A stretch of DNA of 64,000 bases from a virus. Below, piece by piece: positions 35,008 through 44,349 of the stretch. The notes beneath the pieces are model-generated. The model made no database searches. It saw only the letters and a list, made by a program, of their open reading frames with translations, and was not told the origin of the DNA. The stretch lies in the IMG/VR virus record IMGVR_UViG_3300018080_000100; one strand, given 5' to 3'. Positions within the stretch are counted from its first letter, which is position 1. The number at the start of each line of letters is the position of its first letter. The position numbers and the translations under genes are program-made.

Positions 35008-35075
35008 AGTAAGGTTCCTTGTAAAGAGGGAGGGGTAAGCTACTGGTCCAACATATTAGACTGCCGCGTTTTCGC

Positions 35076-35098
35076 ATTTTGTTCACATGATCAAGATA
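35076..35098 (-). promoter_or_regulatory. conserved inverted-repeat promoter/operator motif
   Basis: attttgttcacatgatcaagata, upstream of 34801-35007. Confidence 0.45.
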
Positions 35099-35107
35099 GC
35101 TGATGGC

Positions 35108-35133
35108 TAAAAGAAAGGCCCAGAATAGGGCCC
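35108..35133 (-). terminator. rho-independent terminator
   Basis: ggccc-agaata-gggcc hairpin + UUUCUUUUAGCC tail. Confidence 0.5.
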
Positions 35134-35279
35134 TTCCTTGAATTGGTCGCTCGCCAGAACCCGCACAGAAAGTCCGGGGAGGTACGCCTAGCAGCCAACT
35201 GGCTACTGCCCTACGCGCATGTGTTACGCAGGACTTCGATGTTCTGGGCGTTGCACCCAGCACTCCCTGGACCCGCAGG

Positions 35280-36683
35280 TTATGCCGTAATCTCCTCGGG
35301 GTCGTGCATCTTGTCTGGTGCAGTCTCCGCGGGGAGAGGCATCTGCTCTGAGATGTCAGCCCGGAACGTCAACGCCTCTGTTCCCGGCTTCTTCTCCGGC
35401 TTGACCTGTTCGTGGAAACGCCGCATGGCGCTCGTAGTCAGGCCGTAGCGCCGCTTGTTGTCCTTCTCGGTGTTCCTGGTGATCTTACGCAGCCGATTGG
35501 CCAACACTGCGGCATTCGCCTCGTATGTGTCAGCCTGCGCTTCGGCGTTGTTCATCAGACACTCGATGAAGCGTTCGATCGTTGCCGCCGGATAGTGGTA
35601 CTGTGCACGCACCAGAGCGGCGCGAACAGGTGCCACACTCACATGCTTTTCGTGAGTGAACCGGTTGAACACAGAACAGGTCTCGCCGAAAGCCTCAGCG
35701 TGATCCTCAAAGAAGCACAACTGTGCCGGCTTGGACGGAGTTTCGCTCGGATGACGCATGCCGCGCATCGTCCAAGTGATGATGGGCGAAGAGCCATTCA
35801 AGTCGATCTTGCAGAAGCCTGCAGCGTTCTCAACCGTACGCTGCCGCCCAAGGTCCATCATCCGCACTGCCGCTTCGCTGAGCCCGACGAAAACGAGCGT
35901 CCTGAACGCAACGTCCTCTTCGATGCCGGCACGCAGCCGCGTCTGCCCATCGCCCAAGAACGGCTCCGGGAAGACGACGAACGAAATACCTTGTGGGGTA
36001 TCCGCCCAATTGTTGCTCGCCATGTCACTGGCGAACTGGCGCATGGTCGAATGCCCGATGGGCCGGTTGCGGCTGTTGTAGTGCTCCAGCCAATCGCGCC
36101 CGATAGTGGGAGCGACAGTCATCGGCGCTACCATCATGCCGAGACCGCACGGGACCAGCCGGGGCAGTCCCAGCTGCTTACCGAACGACTGCATCTGACG
36201 CTCTTCCGCCACCGTGATCTCGGGATCGAAATCCAGATCCAGCTCGATACGCTTGCCGCGCATCGGTGCCGGTAGCGTTGCCGGCTTGAACGCCTTGGTC
36301 GCCACAACCGATTCGGCAGACTTCAGACCCTTCAGGATGTCCATGACATCTTCTAGGTCCGTACGCACGCCGACAGGCTGCATCGTGTACAACATGCGGC
36401 AGTTCTCGCTCTTCTGTGGCTTAATGAAGAGCTCAATGCCGCTACCATCTTCGGCGAGACCCTGAACAAGCACCGGCTTGCCCTTGGCTGCGGGTGCCGG
36501 CGCCACGGGCGTCAACAACCACTTGCCGTCGATAGACTTCGCACGCAGGGCATTTTCGAGTCTTGCACGCGCTTGGCGGTGCACTCGCACGGATCCCACG
36601 CCATCCGTTAGGGTGAGTGAAAGTGACATACTTTCCTCCTCCTCTATTGGACAATACCCGGGCATAACGACTAGCCCGTACAT
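35280..36683 (-). CDS. hypothetical protein (467 aa)
   Basis: Long ORF; motif at 36705-36726 upstream. Confidence 0.5.
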   Translation of the reverse strand: MYGLVVMPGYCPIEEEESMSLSLTLTDGVGSVRVHRQARARLENALRAKSIDGKWLLTPVAPAPAAKGKPVLVQGLAEDGSGIELFIKPQKSENCRMLYTMQPVGVRTDLEDVMDILKGLKSAESVVATKAFKPATLPAPMRGKRIELDLDFDPEITVAEERQMQSFGKQLGLPRLVPCGLGMMVAPMTVAPTIGRDWLEHYNSRNRPIGHSTMRQFASDMASNNWADTPQGISFVVFPEPFLGDGQTRLRAGIEEDVAFRTLVFVGLSEAAVRMMDLGRQRTVENAAGFCKIDLNGSSPIITWTMRGMRHPSETPSKPAQLCFFEDHAEAFGETCSVFNRFTHEKHVSVAPVRAALVRAQYHYPAATIERFIECLMNNAEAQADTYEANAAVLANRLRKITRNTEKDNKRRYGLTTSAMRRFHEQVKPEKKPGTEALTFRADISEQMPLPAETAPDKMHDPEEITA

Positions 36684-36704
36684 CTTCTAATGCCGTGTTT
36701 CAGC

Positions 36705-36726
36705 ACTTTGTTCACATGATCAAGAT
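36705..36726 (-). promoter_or_regulatory. conserved inverted-repeat promoter/operator motif
   Basis: actttgttcacatgatcaagat. Confidence 0.45.
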
Positions 36727-36738
36727 CGGCTGAGGGCT

Positions 36739-36778
36739 AAAGAAAAGAGGCAGGGCCCTGGGCTTGCGCCCAGAGCCC
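36739..36778 (-). terminator. rho-independent terminator
   Basis: gggccctgggc-ttg-cgcccagagccc imperfect long hairpin + UUUUCUUUAGCCC tail. Confidence 0.5.
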
Positions 36779-36799
36779 TGCGGGATCGGAGCCTCTGTG

Positions 36800-37297
36800 T
36801 CATGCGCCACGCATGGCCTTGGCTTGTCGTTCAAGCTCCCAGTCCATCGCGTAGCCTTGATCGCCTTCCTCGTACTCCCGGTACGCAGCGTCCCATGCGC
36901 GGCGTTCGGCGCTGTCGCTGTCGAGGAAGCCGGCGTGGACCTTGGCCCACTCGTATGCGTGTACGTCGTCGGGTTCGACGATCCACCAGTGTTCGGTGTC
37001 GTCGTGGTGCGGTGTCATAGTCCAGTGCTGCCCATCGACGTTGATCCTGAGGCCGACGCATCGGCTCTCAACCAACCTATCGCCGTCGAGATCCAAACGC
37101 GCGTCGAACAGTGACGGACTGCAGCCAATGGTGTTGTCGAGCAGCTCGATCTGCACGTGCTCTCCCGGCTCGATCGAAGGGCTCGACGGATGGCCTGCTT
37201 GCTGTATGACAACAACCAGGCGGTTAATCCACACGGATCTGTCGCTCAAGCCGAAAGCCCGAGCAAGGTCCGCCATCTTGGTGAACGAGAAGTACAT
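36800..37297 (-). CDS. hypothetical protein
   Basis: 165-aa ORF. Confidence 0.45.
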   Translation of the reverse strand: MYFSFTKMADLARAFGLSDRSVWINRLVVVIQQAGHPSSPSIEPGEHVQIELLDNTIGCSPSLFDARLDLDGDRLVESRCVGLRINVDGQHWTMTPHHDDTEHWWIVEPDDVHAYEWAKVHAGFLDSDSAERRAWDAAYREYEEGDQGYAMDWELERQAKAMRGA

Positions 37298-37464
37298 GGT
37301 GAGTTCCTTTCGAGAACTAAAGAAGGATTGGACAAGAGCGTTAGCTCTCTACCTTATATTGCCCCGTTTTATGTCGTTTTTAAGCAGCGTAGCGGGATGA
37401 TACGACGGATAATGAAGAACGCCCCGATTGAGTATGAGACCTCGGGGCCACGGTCCCAGCACAT

Positions 37465-38241
37465 TCACGTGTAGGCCACGTGTTTCTCCTTTCTGTGTCT
37501 ATGCGCCAACAGCACGCAGGTGCCGATGATCAGCATGGTGATCGTGGATGGTTCAGGCGTAATCGCAAAGCCTCCTGTGCCATGATCGAAAGAGCCTACG
37601 AACGACGCCTCGACTGTGTCCACGTCGATGGTCCACAGCGTACCGTTGTTCCAGGCATACAGCCCGTCGGGACCGTAATCGAACGCCCAGAACGTGTGAC
37701 CGGGTAGCTGGCCAAGCGGGGTCGTTGAGCCAGACAGCATATCGACCTCGACCAGCCACTTGGATGCCTGATCCCAAATGAACGCCCGGCTGTCTGGCGC
37801 AATCGCAAACGCCTCGATACTGACATACGGGAAGAGCGTGTGCATGACCCAGTAGCCGCCGTGCTCGGTATCGATCATGACCAGTTCGTTGTCATAATTG
37901 ATGCCAAACAGGTTATCCATTGGATCGAACGCTATGCTCCTGCATGTCCGGGGCGTCGTGCCGATGTACGTGCCGAGGCCAGACACGGGATCGATAGTCC
38001 ACAGCTTCTCGTGCATGCTGGTGGCGTACAGCGTGCCGTCTGAGCTGCTATCGAGTGCGCGCACAGCCGCTATGCCGCTAGGGCCGCGTTGTGACTGTAC
38101 GCCGGTTGAAAAGTCGGTGAGGTACAGAACAGAGTTGGCTGTACTGTCAACGACGTAGCCGACAGTCTCCGCGCTAGCAAAGCACGGAGTCAACAGAATC
38201 AGCAGCAATGCGTACCGCATCGTCGAACTCCTCCTCTTCAT
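37465..38241 (-). CDS. secreted beta-propeller-like protein with PEP-CTERM-like C-terminal sorting signal
   Basis: Signal peptide MRYALLLILLTPCFASA. C-terminus ITPEPSTITMLIIGTCVLLAHRHRKEK (PEP + TM + basic tail). Confidence 0.5.
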   Translation of the reverse strand: MKRRSSTMRYALLLILLTPCFASAETVGYVVDSTANSVLYLTDFSTGVQSQRGPSGIAAVRALDSSSDGTLYATSMHEKLWTIDPVSGLGTYIGTTPRTCRSIAFDPMDNLFGINYDNELVMIDTEHGGYWVMHTLFPYVSIEAFAIAPDSRAFIWDQASKWLVEVDMLSGSTTPLGQLPGHTFWAFDYGPDGLYAWNNGTLWTIDVDTVEASFVGSFDHGTGGFAITPEPSTITMLIIGTCVLLAHRHRKEKHVAYT

Positions 38242-38560
38242 AGGGGAGCATTAGCGTCTGCCAGTAATCGTCTTGTGCCATTTCTGCCATCCAGCCTTCA
38301 ACGCCAAGACGGTGCAGCCGCGAGTAATGCTTCCTGATGTAAGGAACACGGGGGTCTTCCTCCCTGTCCAAACGCTCCAGCTCCGCTATCGCTTCGTCCG
38401 TCTCAAGCAGCAGTAGCCGCTTGAGCCAGGACAACGTGTACTTCGCGTCGCGCACAAGCTGCGCATTCAACGCGCTACTGGCCGCCGACGACGTCCGTGT
38501 GGACGCTGTCCGCCAGTAGTCAGTGACGATCTGCAACACTCTGTCGCGGGTATACGACAT
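38174..38560 (-). CDS. hypothetical protein
   Basis: 128-aa ORF; overlaps the downstream gene start, boundaries uncertain. Confidence 0.35.
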   Translation of the reverse strand: MSYTRDRVLQIVTDYWRTASTRTSSAASSALNAQLVRDAKYTLSWLKRLLLLETDEAIAELERLDREEDPRVPYIRKHYSRLHRLGVEGWMAEMAQDDYWQTLMLPYEEEEFDDAVRIAADSVDSVLC

Positions 38561-38578
38561 CGCATACTCCTTTCTGGG

Positions 38579-39019
38579 TTAGCGTCGCCTGCCGAAGAAA
38601 TAGATGCCGTGGTGAGTTGCGGCAATGGGCTCGTCGGTCGCTGACATGCCGCCTCTGCGCACAGTCTCGCCCGCCAGCGGGTTGAACTTGAGGATCGGTG
38701 GCGCATGTGCGCGCCATACATCGATGCTCCCGGGCAGTTTGACTTCCCGCCCTTCTGATAAGAGGTTCGCCCACTCGCTGTGATAGGCGGGGATGATATA
38801 CCACGTACCGTCCGGCGCGACCATGTACTTGCGGTACTTGGTCGTCTCGTCGTTCTCGGCGACCGTGGTCTCAACAACAGCCCAGCGCTCATAGGTGGGC
38901 AGCTCCGAGACCAGTGTCATACCGTCACTGCGCTCTCCTACGCCGCCGACGCTGTAAATCAGCACGAAAGCGATGGCCACGATGGCCACGATGGCCACAA
39001 TGAAATCCTGTGTACGCAT
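38579..39019 (-). CDS. membrane-anchored hypothetical protein
   Basis: N-terminal TM FIVAIVAIVAIAFVLIY, encoded by a gccacgatg x3 DNA repeat. Confidence 0.4.
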   Translation of the reverse strand: MRTQDFIVAIVAIVAIAFVLIYSVGGVGERSDGMTLVSELPTYERWAVVETTVAENDETTKYRKYMVAPDGTWYIIPAYHSEWANLLSEGREVKLPGSIDVWRAHAPPILKFNPLAGETVRRGGMSATDEPIAATHHGIYFFGRRR

Positions 39020-39042
39020 GGGTTAGATTCCTTTCGTAGGGA

Positions 39043-39077
39043 TGAAAAGCGGAGGGGCGGCGACAAGCCGCCCCTCC
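39043..39077 (-). terminator. strong hairpin + U-run (terminator or attenuator)
   Basis: ggaggggcggc-gacaa-gccgcccctcc 11-bp stem followed by GCUUUUCAUCC on the minus transcript. Confidence 0.45.
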
Positions 39078-39333
39078 AGGGCCAGTACCTCCCTCATCGG
39101 GAAGTTCAATGTGTACGAAAAACGCGGCCGAGAGCTCAATGAGCACCCGGCCGCGATGGTCCGTTTCCGCATACTGCAGGCGAGATTTGAATAAAGACTC
39201 CTGCAGGCCAGTCGTGACCGCAAGGCTGTCGAGGCAAGGATCTTCGCCTCGGTGGGTACGGGCGCAAGGCTCATGTCAACCGTGCGCTAACGGACAACCT
39301 TTACACCACCGTCCTCCACGACACTCACCAACC

Positions 39334-39687
39334 TTATGCGGGAACGGCACGCGCGATCTCGTCCAGCTCTTCCAGCAGATCAGAGACCTCGATCACGTCC
39401 GGCAGCATTGTCGCATGCTCGCTCGGATCAGCGTACTCGTAGATATTCACGTCGCCCTCGCGCTCCTCGGCCATGATGAACTCATGGGCCAGCGCGTCGG
39501 GGCTTTCGGGGTACTCACGAACGCGTACGACGAGCACCCGGCAGTTGTCTCGTCGTCGCCTGCGCCTCTCCACGTAGTAGAAGCGCACGGAACCGCAGAG
39601 CGTACTGTCTGCAGTCGTCAGAAAATTGATCACCGGGACACCAGGCGGCAGGCCTTCAAGCCAAGCCTGTGTTTCTTGAATGGTCAT
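39334..39687 (-). CDS. hypothetical protein
   Basis: 117-aa ORF. Confidence 0.4.
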   Translation of the reverse strand: MTIQETQAWLEGLPPGVPVINFLTTADSTLCGSVRFYYVERRRRRRDNCRVLVVRVREYPESPDALAHEFIMAEEREGDVNIYEYADPSEHATMLPDVIEVSDLLEELDEIARAVPA

Positions 39688-39710
39688 GGGTCGTTCCTTT
39701 CGGGGGAAGG

Positions 39711-39938
39711 TTACTTATGGCAGCCCTTCAGGGCATGACGCTCGGCCAGCTCTATATCGATAAAGCCGACGCGGGTACTACCGATCGTCATCTGCCAGTC
39801 AATGTCATTCTCTATGTCGAGATGACGTTTGTTTAATCGCCAGCCCCTGCCTTCGTTGAAGAGCTTGATGGGGCCGTCAGGTAGCGTTTGCGTTACAGTC
39901 TCCTTTCCTTGTGGGACTGGGTTGTTTCCTACTAACAC
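39711..39938 (-). CDS. hypothetical protein
   Basis: 75-aa ORF. Confidence 0.3.
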   Translation of the reverse strand: MLVGNNPVPQGKETVTQTLPDGPIKLFNEGRGWRLNKRHLDIENDIDWQMTIGSTRVGFIDIELAERHALKGCHK

Positions 39939-40006
39939 ACTGTCCTCCTTTCACAGGGAGACCCGCTGGGCGCCCCACCGCGGGTACGCCCAGCGGGCAC
40001 AACTCA

Positions 40007-40228
40007 TTATTTCATGCGGAGCAGACACCACGGCATCCTGACGCCCAGCAGATACCAGCTAGGCGACCAGATGAAAATGGCAGCTAGCAGCAATCCGAAT
40101 TCGCTGCGCGTCCATTCGGCGGTATGCATAGCCCAATCACACACGTGGTAGGCGAGTATACCGCCCATGAACCACAGCACAGCTGCCAACGCGGTGACAG
40201 CTATCAGCGCCCTCATACGCTCTGACAT
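40007..40228 (-). CDS. small membrane protein
   Basis: Two predicted TM helices (ALIAVTALAAVLWFMGGILAY; LLLAAIFIWSPSWYLLGV). Start at the internal Met. Confidence 0.3.
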   Translation of the reverse strand: MSERMRALIAVTALAAVLWFMGGILAYHVCDWAMHTAEWTRSEFGLLLAAIFIWSPSWYLLGVRMPWCLLRMK

Positions 40229-40860
40229 ACGTAGCCCTCCTGCCGTAATAGCCTGCGCATCCCGTCCAGATCGTCTGCAACCCGGAGGTCGAAGATCGGC
40301 TGCATGACTTCTTGAATACGCGCCTCGGTCTCGGGGAAATACGTGCGCCGTCCGTATCCGTCTGGGCCGTACTTCAGCCACAGATGGTTTGCCGCCCGCC
40401 GCAGCTGCGCTACTTCGCTCAGCTCTGGATGGTGGCGCTCGCCGTGGGCGTATGCACGCAAATATGCGTGCGCCGTGTCCACTGGCGTACGATCGGCGTC
40501 CGCAACAATTTGCTCCAACACGGTCTCCGGCTTGCCGGTCGACGCTCTGTGTTGGCGTACTGCGCCTGCAATGGCATTGAGTCCTTTTTCGTTGAACTCG
40601 CGCTGCAGCACTTCGTCATTGAGCACGATCTGCGCTCCCACGTTCTCGTGGTCCTCACGGCCTTCCGCCAACCCGACGTCGTGGTAGATGGCTGCGATCT
40701 CAGCCAGCATCACTTGGTCGGGCGCGTGGATACGCGCAAGGTAGGCCGCCTGACGTCGGACGGCCCGCATGTGTCTTTGGTCATGGCCCAAGTCGAACCC
40801 GTCGTATAGCCGGGCGACTTCGAACAACCTGCGGTGCAGGCTGGTCGTACACTGCGACAT
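40213..40860 (-). CDS. HD-domain phosphohydrolase
   Basis: H..HD...AAIYHDVG pattern; HD motif with downstream conserved His/Asp. Confidence 0.55.
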   Translation of the reverse strand: MSQCTTSLHRRLFEVARLYDGFDLGHDQRHMRAVRRQAAYLARIHAPDQVMLAEIAAIYHDVGLAEGREDHENVGAQIVLNDEVLQREFNEKGLNAIAGAVRQHRASTGKPETVLEQIVADADRTPVDTAHAYLRAYAHGERHHPELSEVAQLRRAANHLWLKYGPDGYGRRTYFPETEARIQEVMQPIFDLRVADDLDGMRRLLRQEGYVCQSV

Positions 40861-40942
40861 GAACTACCCTCCTTAGCTAAGGGGAAAGAAATGATAAACG
40901 TCTCCACGTGATAATGCCCTACACATGGTAGTTTTTAAGGGC

Positions 40943-40969
40943 TAAAGAAAGGCCCACGAACGCGGACCT
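40943..40969 (-). terminator. rho-independent terminator (weaker)
   Basis: Hairpin ggtccgcg-uuc-gugggcc (two G:U pairs) + UUUCUUUAGCCC. Confidence 0.4.
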
Positions 40970-40986
40970 TTCCCAAATGATAAGGC

Positions 40987-41742
40987 TCATTTGGTCAGAC
41001 GTGCAGCACGCCGCGCCTGTTCGGCAGCGTCATACTCGTCCAACCGTATGAGTGTTTGGATGTTCTCTGGCAGATGCGCACGGAGTCGGCGCATCGTCGC
41101 TTCGTGGTAGTCGAAGTTAGGGTCATAGCCTTTCGGCGTTTCCTTGTTTCCGACTACCGCCCACAACATTGGGGTTTCCACCCACGGCTCTAAGAACTCG
41201 CCGTTGGCAGCCAACCGGTTGAGGGACGTTATGATACCCTCGCGGGCATCGTGGTCGCCGATCCAGACGAGATCGTCCTCGTCCTTGGCGAAATGACCAC
41301 TGGACGTGTACTCCCAGTGATTGTCTGTAGAATCCGGTCGCCAATTGTACCAGCACTTTGCATTGTTCACGCACATGGATGGCTCTGCACCGCGTTCGCC
41401 GATCCAATCGAGATATTCGCAAAGCAACAACTGACCGGGGGATCTCCAGTATGCATGCCAGTAGAGCCAGCACCTGTCTGACTCCACTAGTTCCGCACCT
41501 ACGGGCTCGAAGCCGTTACTACGCAGTATGTGGTCAAACTTGATCATAGAGCAGCTGAAGTCGGTGTCTCCAGCGTTTTCCATGACCCTGCGTTTGTTTT
41601 GCACATGTGCGAAATGCAGTTGCAAGCCCAGTGCCTCCGTGTCCTTATCCTCCTTGTAAGACTTGCCCGTGATCCGCTCGGCTTCTGCCAATGGATCAAA
41701 GCGCATGGCCTCCTCTGGAGTCTTGGGCAACTCAGGTAGCAT
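40987..41742 (-). CDS. hypothetical protein
   Basis: 251-aa W-rich ORF. Confidence 0.45.
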   Translation of the reverse strand: MLPELPKTPEEAMRFDPLAEAERITGKSYKEDKDTEALGLQLHFAHVQNKRRVMENAGDTDFSCSMIKFDHILRSNGFEPVGAELVESDRCWLYWHAYWRSPGQLLLCEYLDWIGERGAEPSMCVNNAKCWYNWRPDSTDNHWEYTSSGHFAKDEDDLVWIGDHDAREGIITSLNRLAANGEFLEPWVETPMLWAVVGNKETPKGYDPNFDYHEATMRRLRAHLPENIQTLIRLDEYDAAEQARRAARLTK

Positions 41743-41756
41743 CCGTTCTCCTAACC

Positions 41757-42740
41757 CTACATAAGGTGGACGGGAGTGTTTTTGTCGTAGACCACAAAGT
41801 CACGCGCAATCAACTGCATGATCTGTTCGGTACTCAGTGGATCGCTCATCACGCCGCTCACCAACGCGATGCGCTCATCGCCTTTGACGATGAACAAGCG
41901 CTCTGGATGCGTAGCCCATTCGATAGCCTTCCGCGGGTCGTCCTTATGCGACTGTAGCGCAGCTGCGTGAATACGCTCTCTGGCTTCCAGCTCGTCGGGG
42001 TGGGTGTCAGCGTCAGGCTTGGGCCGCGTCTCTGCCTGTCGCTGCTTGACCATCTCCACCAACAGCTCTGGCGCACCTAGGCGCTCCAACATCTCGGGAT
42101 TAGCGAGGTCGCTGAGCATTTCCACGATAGCACCACGGCTGGCGTACAACGTGTGCAATGCCAACGCGGCGTCGATGCGCTTTTGCGTGTAGCTTACCAG
42201 CGCTTGCACGAACTCGTCGCGCGCCGCCTCGATTACGTCCGCAGGCATACCATCGCGTTCTTGATCGATTTGCTCCAGTATGTTCGCGAGCACGTCCTTC
42301 GGGTCGTGAACAGTGTCTGTAGCAAGGTCACCGTGTATCGCTCCGAAGATGGACACCATCGTGCCATCGTGCTGTATCTGATCCAGCACTTCGCTCTTGT
42401 GCATAAGCCCAACAGCGTAGAGCTCGAACGCGATGTCCGGCCAGACCCGATCCAGCACGTACATGGTCAACACCCAGCGGTCAGCCAGGTTGCGCAGGTC
42501 CAGCTTCGACAGAAAGCGCTCTTCCAGCTTGTCGTGCTGCTCTGGCGGCACCATCTCTTTCAGCATCGCCTCCATCGGCTCCAAAGCCTCATCGACCGCG
42601 GCGGGCGTAGCCTCCAGTATGTTGCGTGCGGACCGCAGCAGGCTAACGTAGGCTTTCGACGCTTCCGGCGTCATCATCGGCATAACTGTCTCCTTACAGA
42701 CCCCTACAATGAAAAAGCGGCTGTGCCCGGGGTTGAGCAC
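41757..42740 (-). CDS. hypothetical protein
   Basis: 327-aa helical ORF. Confidence 0.45.
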   Translation of the reverse strand: MLNPGHSRFFIVGVCKETVMPMMTPEASKAYVSLLRSARNILEATPAAVDEALEPMEAMLKEMVPPEQHDKLEERFLSKLDLRNLADRWVLTMYVLDRVWPDIAFELYAVGLMHKSEVLDQIQHDGTMVSIFGAIHGDLATDTVHDPKDVLANILEQIDQERDGMPADVIEAARDEFVQALVSYTQKRIDAALALHTLYASRGAIVEMLSDLANPEMLERLGAPELLVEMVKQRQAETRPKPDADTHPDELEARERIHAAALQSHKDDPRKAIEWATHPERLFIVKGDERIALVSGVMSDPLSTEQIMQLIARDFVVYDKNTPVHLM

Positions 42741-42767
42741 AGCCGCTTTGTATATGGTTACTGCCCG

Positions 42768-43325
42768 CTACTTCGTATTCGTGATCGTGCCGTATCCCTC
42801 GAAGTCGGCCGACTTGCTGACGGCATGACGTGTCTTGGGCGTGTTACTCACTGCCGGCTCGGCAGACGATGATCGGTAAGATCCGTAATGCGCCCATGGC
42901 ATACGATACGGGTCACCACGCCGCTGAGGCGGCACATACCGGTCGGGCGGTTGCGTATCGGGCACGCTGATCGGCGGTGGTAGCGCTTCACGCGCCCGCC
43001 GCTGTTCCCGTGTCACCTCGTCGAGATGCCGTCGAAGGTCCTCGAGGATCGCGTCGTTGACGTCCAGCTCCTCCTGTGGCGGCGAGTGGTCCTCCGTGAG
43101 CTCTTCGTCGGCAGCGAACCGCATCAGCGTCTCACAGGCACAGTTCTCGCACTTGGCCAGCCGGTCAAGCGCGGTCTCGTACGGCACGGGCGTACCACGC
43201 GGAATCTCCACGTCGCCCTGCCAATCGCAATTGGTACAGAAACACTCGATTGTGTACGTACCTTCCGGCTTTTCAGCCTTGCCGTCTCTCAGACGTATAC
43301 CGCGGGGTGCTCGATCTTCAGCCAT
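42768..43325 (-). CDS. zinc-ribbon hypothetical protein
   Basis: CFCTNC....CENCAC. The inverted-repeat motif abuts the ATG. Confidence 0.45.
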   Translation of the reverse strand: MAEDRAPRGIRLRDGKAEKPEGTYTIECFCTNCDWQGDVEIPRGTPVPYETALDRLAKCENCACETLMRFAADEELTEDHSPPQEELDVNDAILEDLRRHLDEVTREQRRAREALPPPISVPDTQPPDRYVPPQRRGDPYRMPWAHYGSYRSSSAEPAVSNTPKTRHAVSKSADFEGYGTITNTK

Positions 43326-43326
43326 G

Positions 43327-43349
43327 ATTTTGTTCTTGTGATCAAAGTT
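43327..43349 (-). promoter_or_regulatory. conserved inverted-repeat promoter/operator motif
   Basis: attttgttcttgtgatcaaagtt, immediately 5' of the ATG at 43325. Confidence 0.45.
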
Positions 43350-43875
43350 CGCCGCCGTTGCGAGTCTCGTCCTCCTTCGGACAAGCGCCGCTTATTGGGC
43401 ATTCGTCGCAATCACACTCGCCGTCCTCAAGCATCTGGGCGATAGGCCCCAGCTGCGTGGTTGGCTGCATAGCCGGTGATGGCGGTTGCGTCGGCGGGCA
43501 GAAGTGTTTCTGGTAAGCCAGCGCATACTCTGCGCTTACCTCCATCAACTCCATTGTACGGACATCGCGCCTGATGCCAGTCGGCGAGTAGCGCCCACCG
43601 TAGGGCACCATAGCAAATGGCCCCGTGTTTTGCACATGGGGTACGTCGCCGATGCGGTCAAGCGGTTCCAGGATGATCCATGGCGGGCAGTACACCTCGA
43701 TGCGGAATACACGCCCGTGGAGGCTCTTATCCTCCTCTAGCTGCGGACCATCATCACCATACATAGCAGGCGGAAACTGCATTGATGGCGGGTTGAACGG
43801 ACCCTTTGTGACGGTCACCATCTTTCCTGGGGTGTAGTCGTCAGGTTTTAGTGTGCGCACGTTTGGTACCTCCAT
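43342..43875 (-). CDS. hypothetical protein
   Basis: 177 aa; C-terminal CDCDECPISGACP. Confidence 0.45.
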   Translation of the reverse strand: MEVPNVRTLKPDDYTPGKMVTVTKGPFNPPSMQFPPAMYGDDGPQLEEDKSLHGRVFRIEVYCPPWIILEPLDRIGDVPHVQNTGPFAMVPYGGRYSPTGIRRDVRTMELMEVSAEYALAYQKHFCPPTQPPSPAMQPTTQLGPIAQMLEDGECDCDECPISGACPKEDETRNGGEL

Positions 43876-43916
43876 GCAACATTATGACAGAATCCGGGCA
43901 GAGGCGTAATAGACGC

Positions 43917-44123
43917 CTAGCCCACCTCGTGGGTGACGAGCGTACGCCCGCTACTCACTTCGACGACCGCGCCGCGGACAGCATCAGGACGCTTTGAGAC
44001 GCTCCTGGCCAACTGCTCTGCCTCGTCAAAGTCATCCGTGTAGTCGACGATGATGTCGTTCTCACCTTCCGGACGTTCGACGAGTATTTGATACGCGCCG
44101 GCTCGTTTGGGGTAATGCGTCAT
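43917..44123 (-). CDS. hypothetical small protein
   Basis: 68 aa; overlaps the next ORF. Confidence 0.3.
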   Translation of the reverse strand: MTHYPKRAGAYQILVERPEGENDIIVDYTDDFDEAEQLARSVSKRPDAVRGAVVEVSSGRTLVTHEVG

Positions 44124-44349
44124 TGAACACCTCCCTGTAGAGATCTGAAACGCGGCGGGTAGCGTTCCCGCCGCCGTTTGGGAGATGCAACCAGATAGAT
44201 TGCGACCCTGCCGCTGTCCTCCGAGGCTGCATCTTGCTCCATTTATCCCGGACTAGTTGCCATACGGTCCCAGACCGGTCGATGGCGTAACCAGGCCAGT
44301 CCGGCAGTTGCCGGATTTCCACGGACAGCTTCGGCAGCTTCGTGGCCAT
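44062..44349 (-). CDS. NUMOD4/HNH_3-like N-terminal fragment (possible homing-endonuclease remnant)
   Basis: LPDWPGYAIDRSGTVWQLV resembles the IPGFEGYEVSNLGRVRS NUMOD4 motif; only 95 aa. Confidence 0.3.
   Translation of the reverse strand: MATKLPKLSVEIRQLPDWPGYAIDRSGTVWQLVRDKWSKMQPRRTAAGSQSIWLHLPNGGGNATRRVSDLYREVFNDALPQTSRRVSNTRRTSGR

Noticed and set aside
34934-35263. 109-aa minus-strand ORF spanning the terminator and motif between 34801-35007 and 35280-36683
   Set aside because: It overlaps a well-formed terminator hairpin and the conserved promoter motif. The translation is low-complexity. The region is more likely a regulatory intergenic segment.
39023-39274. 83-aa ORF inside the 314-bp structured intergenic region
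   Set aside because: No SD and odd composition. It overlaps strong hairpins, so the region is treated as non-coding.
40007-40381. Full 124-aa ORF overlapping the HD-domain gene
   Set aside because: The N-terminal 50 aa overlap the HD gene's C-terminus in another frame. Only the C-terminal two-TM portion from an internal Met (40007-40228) is plausible.
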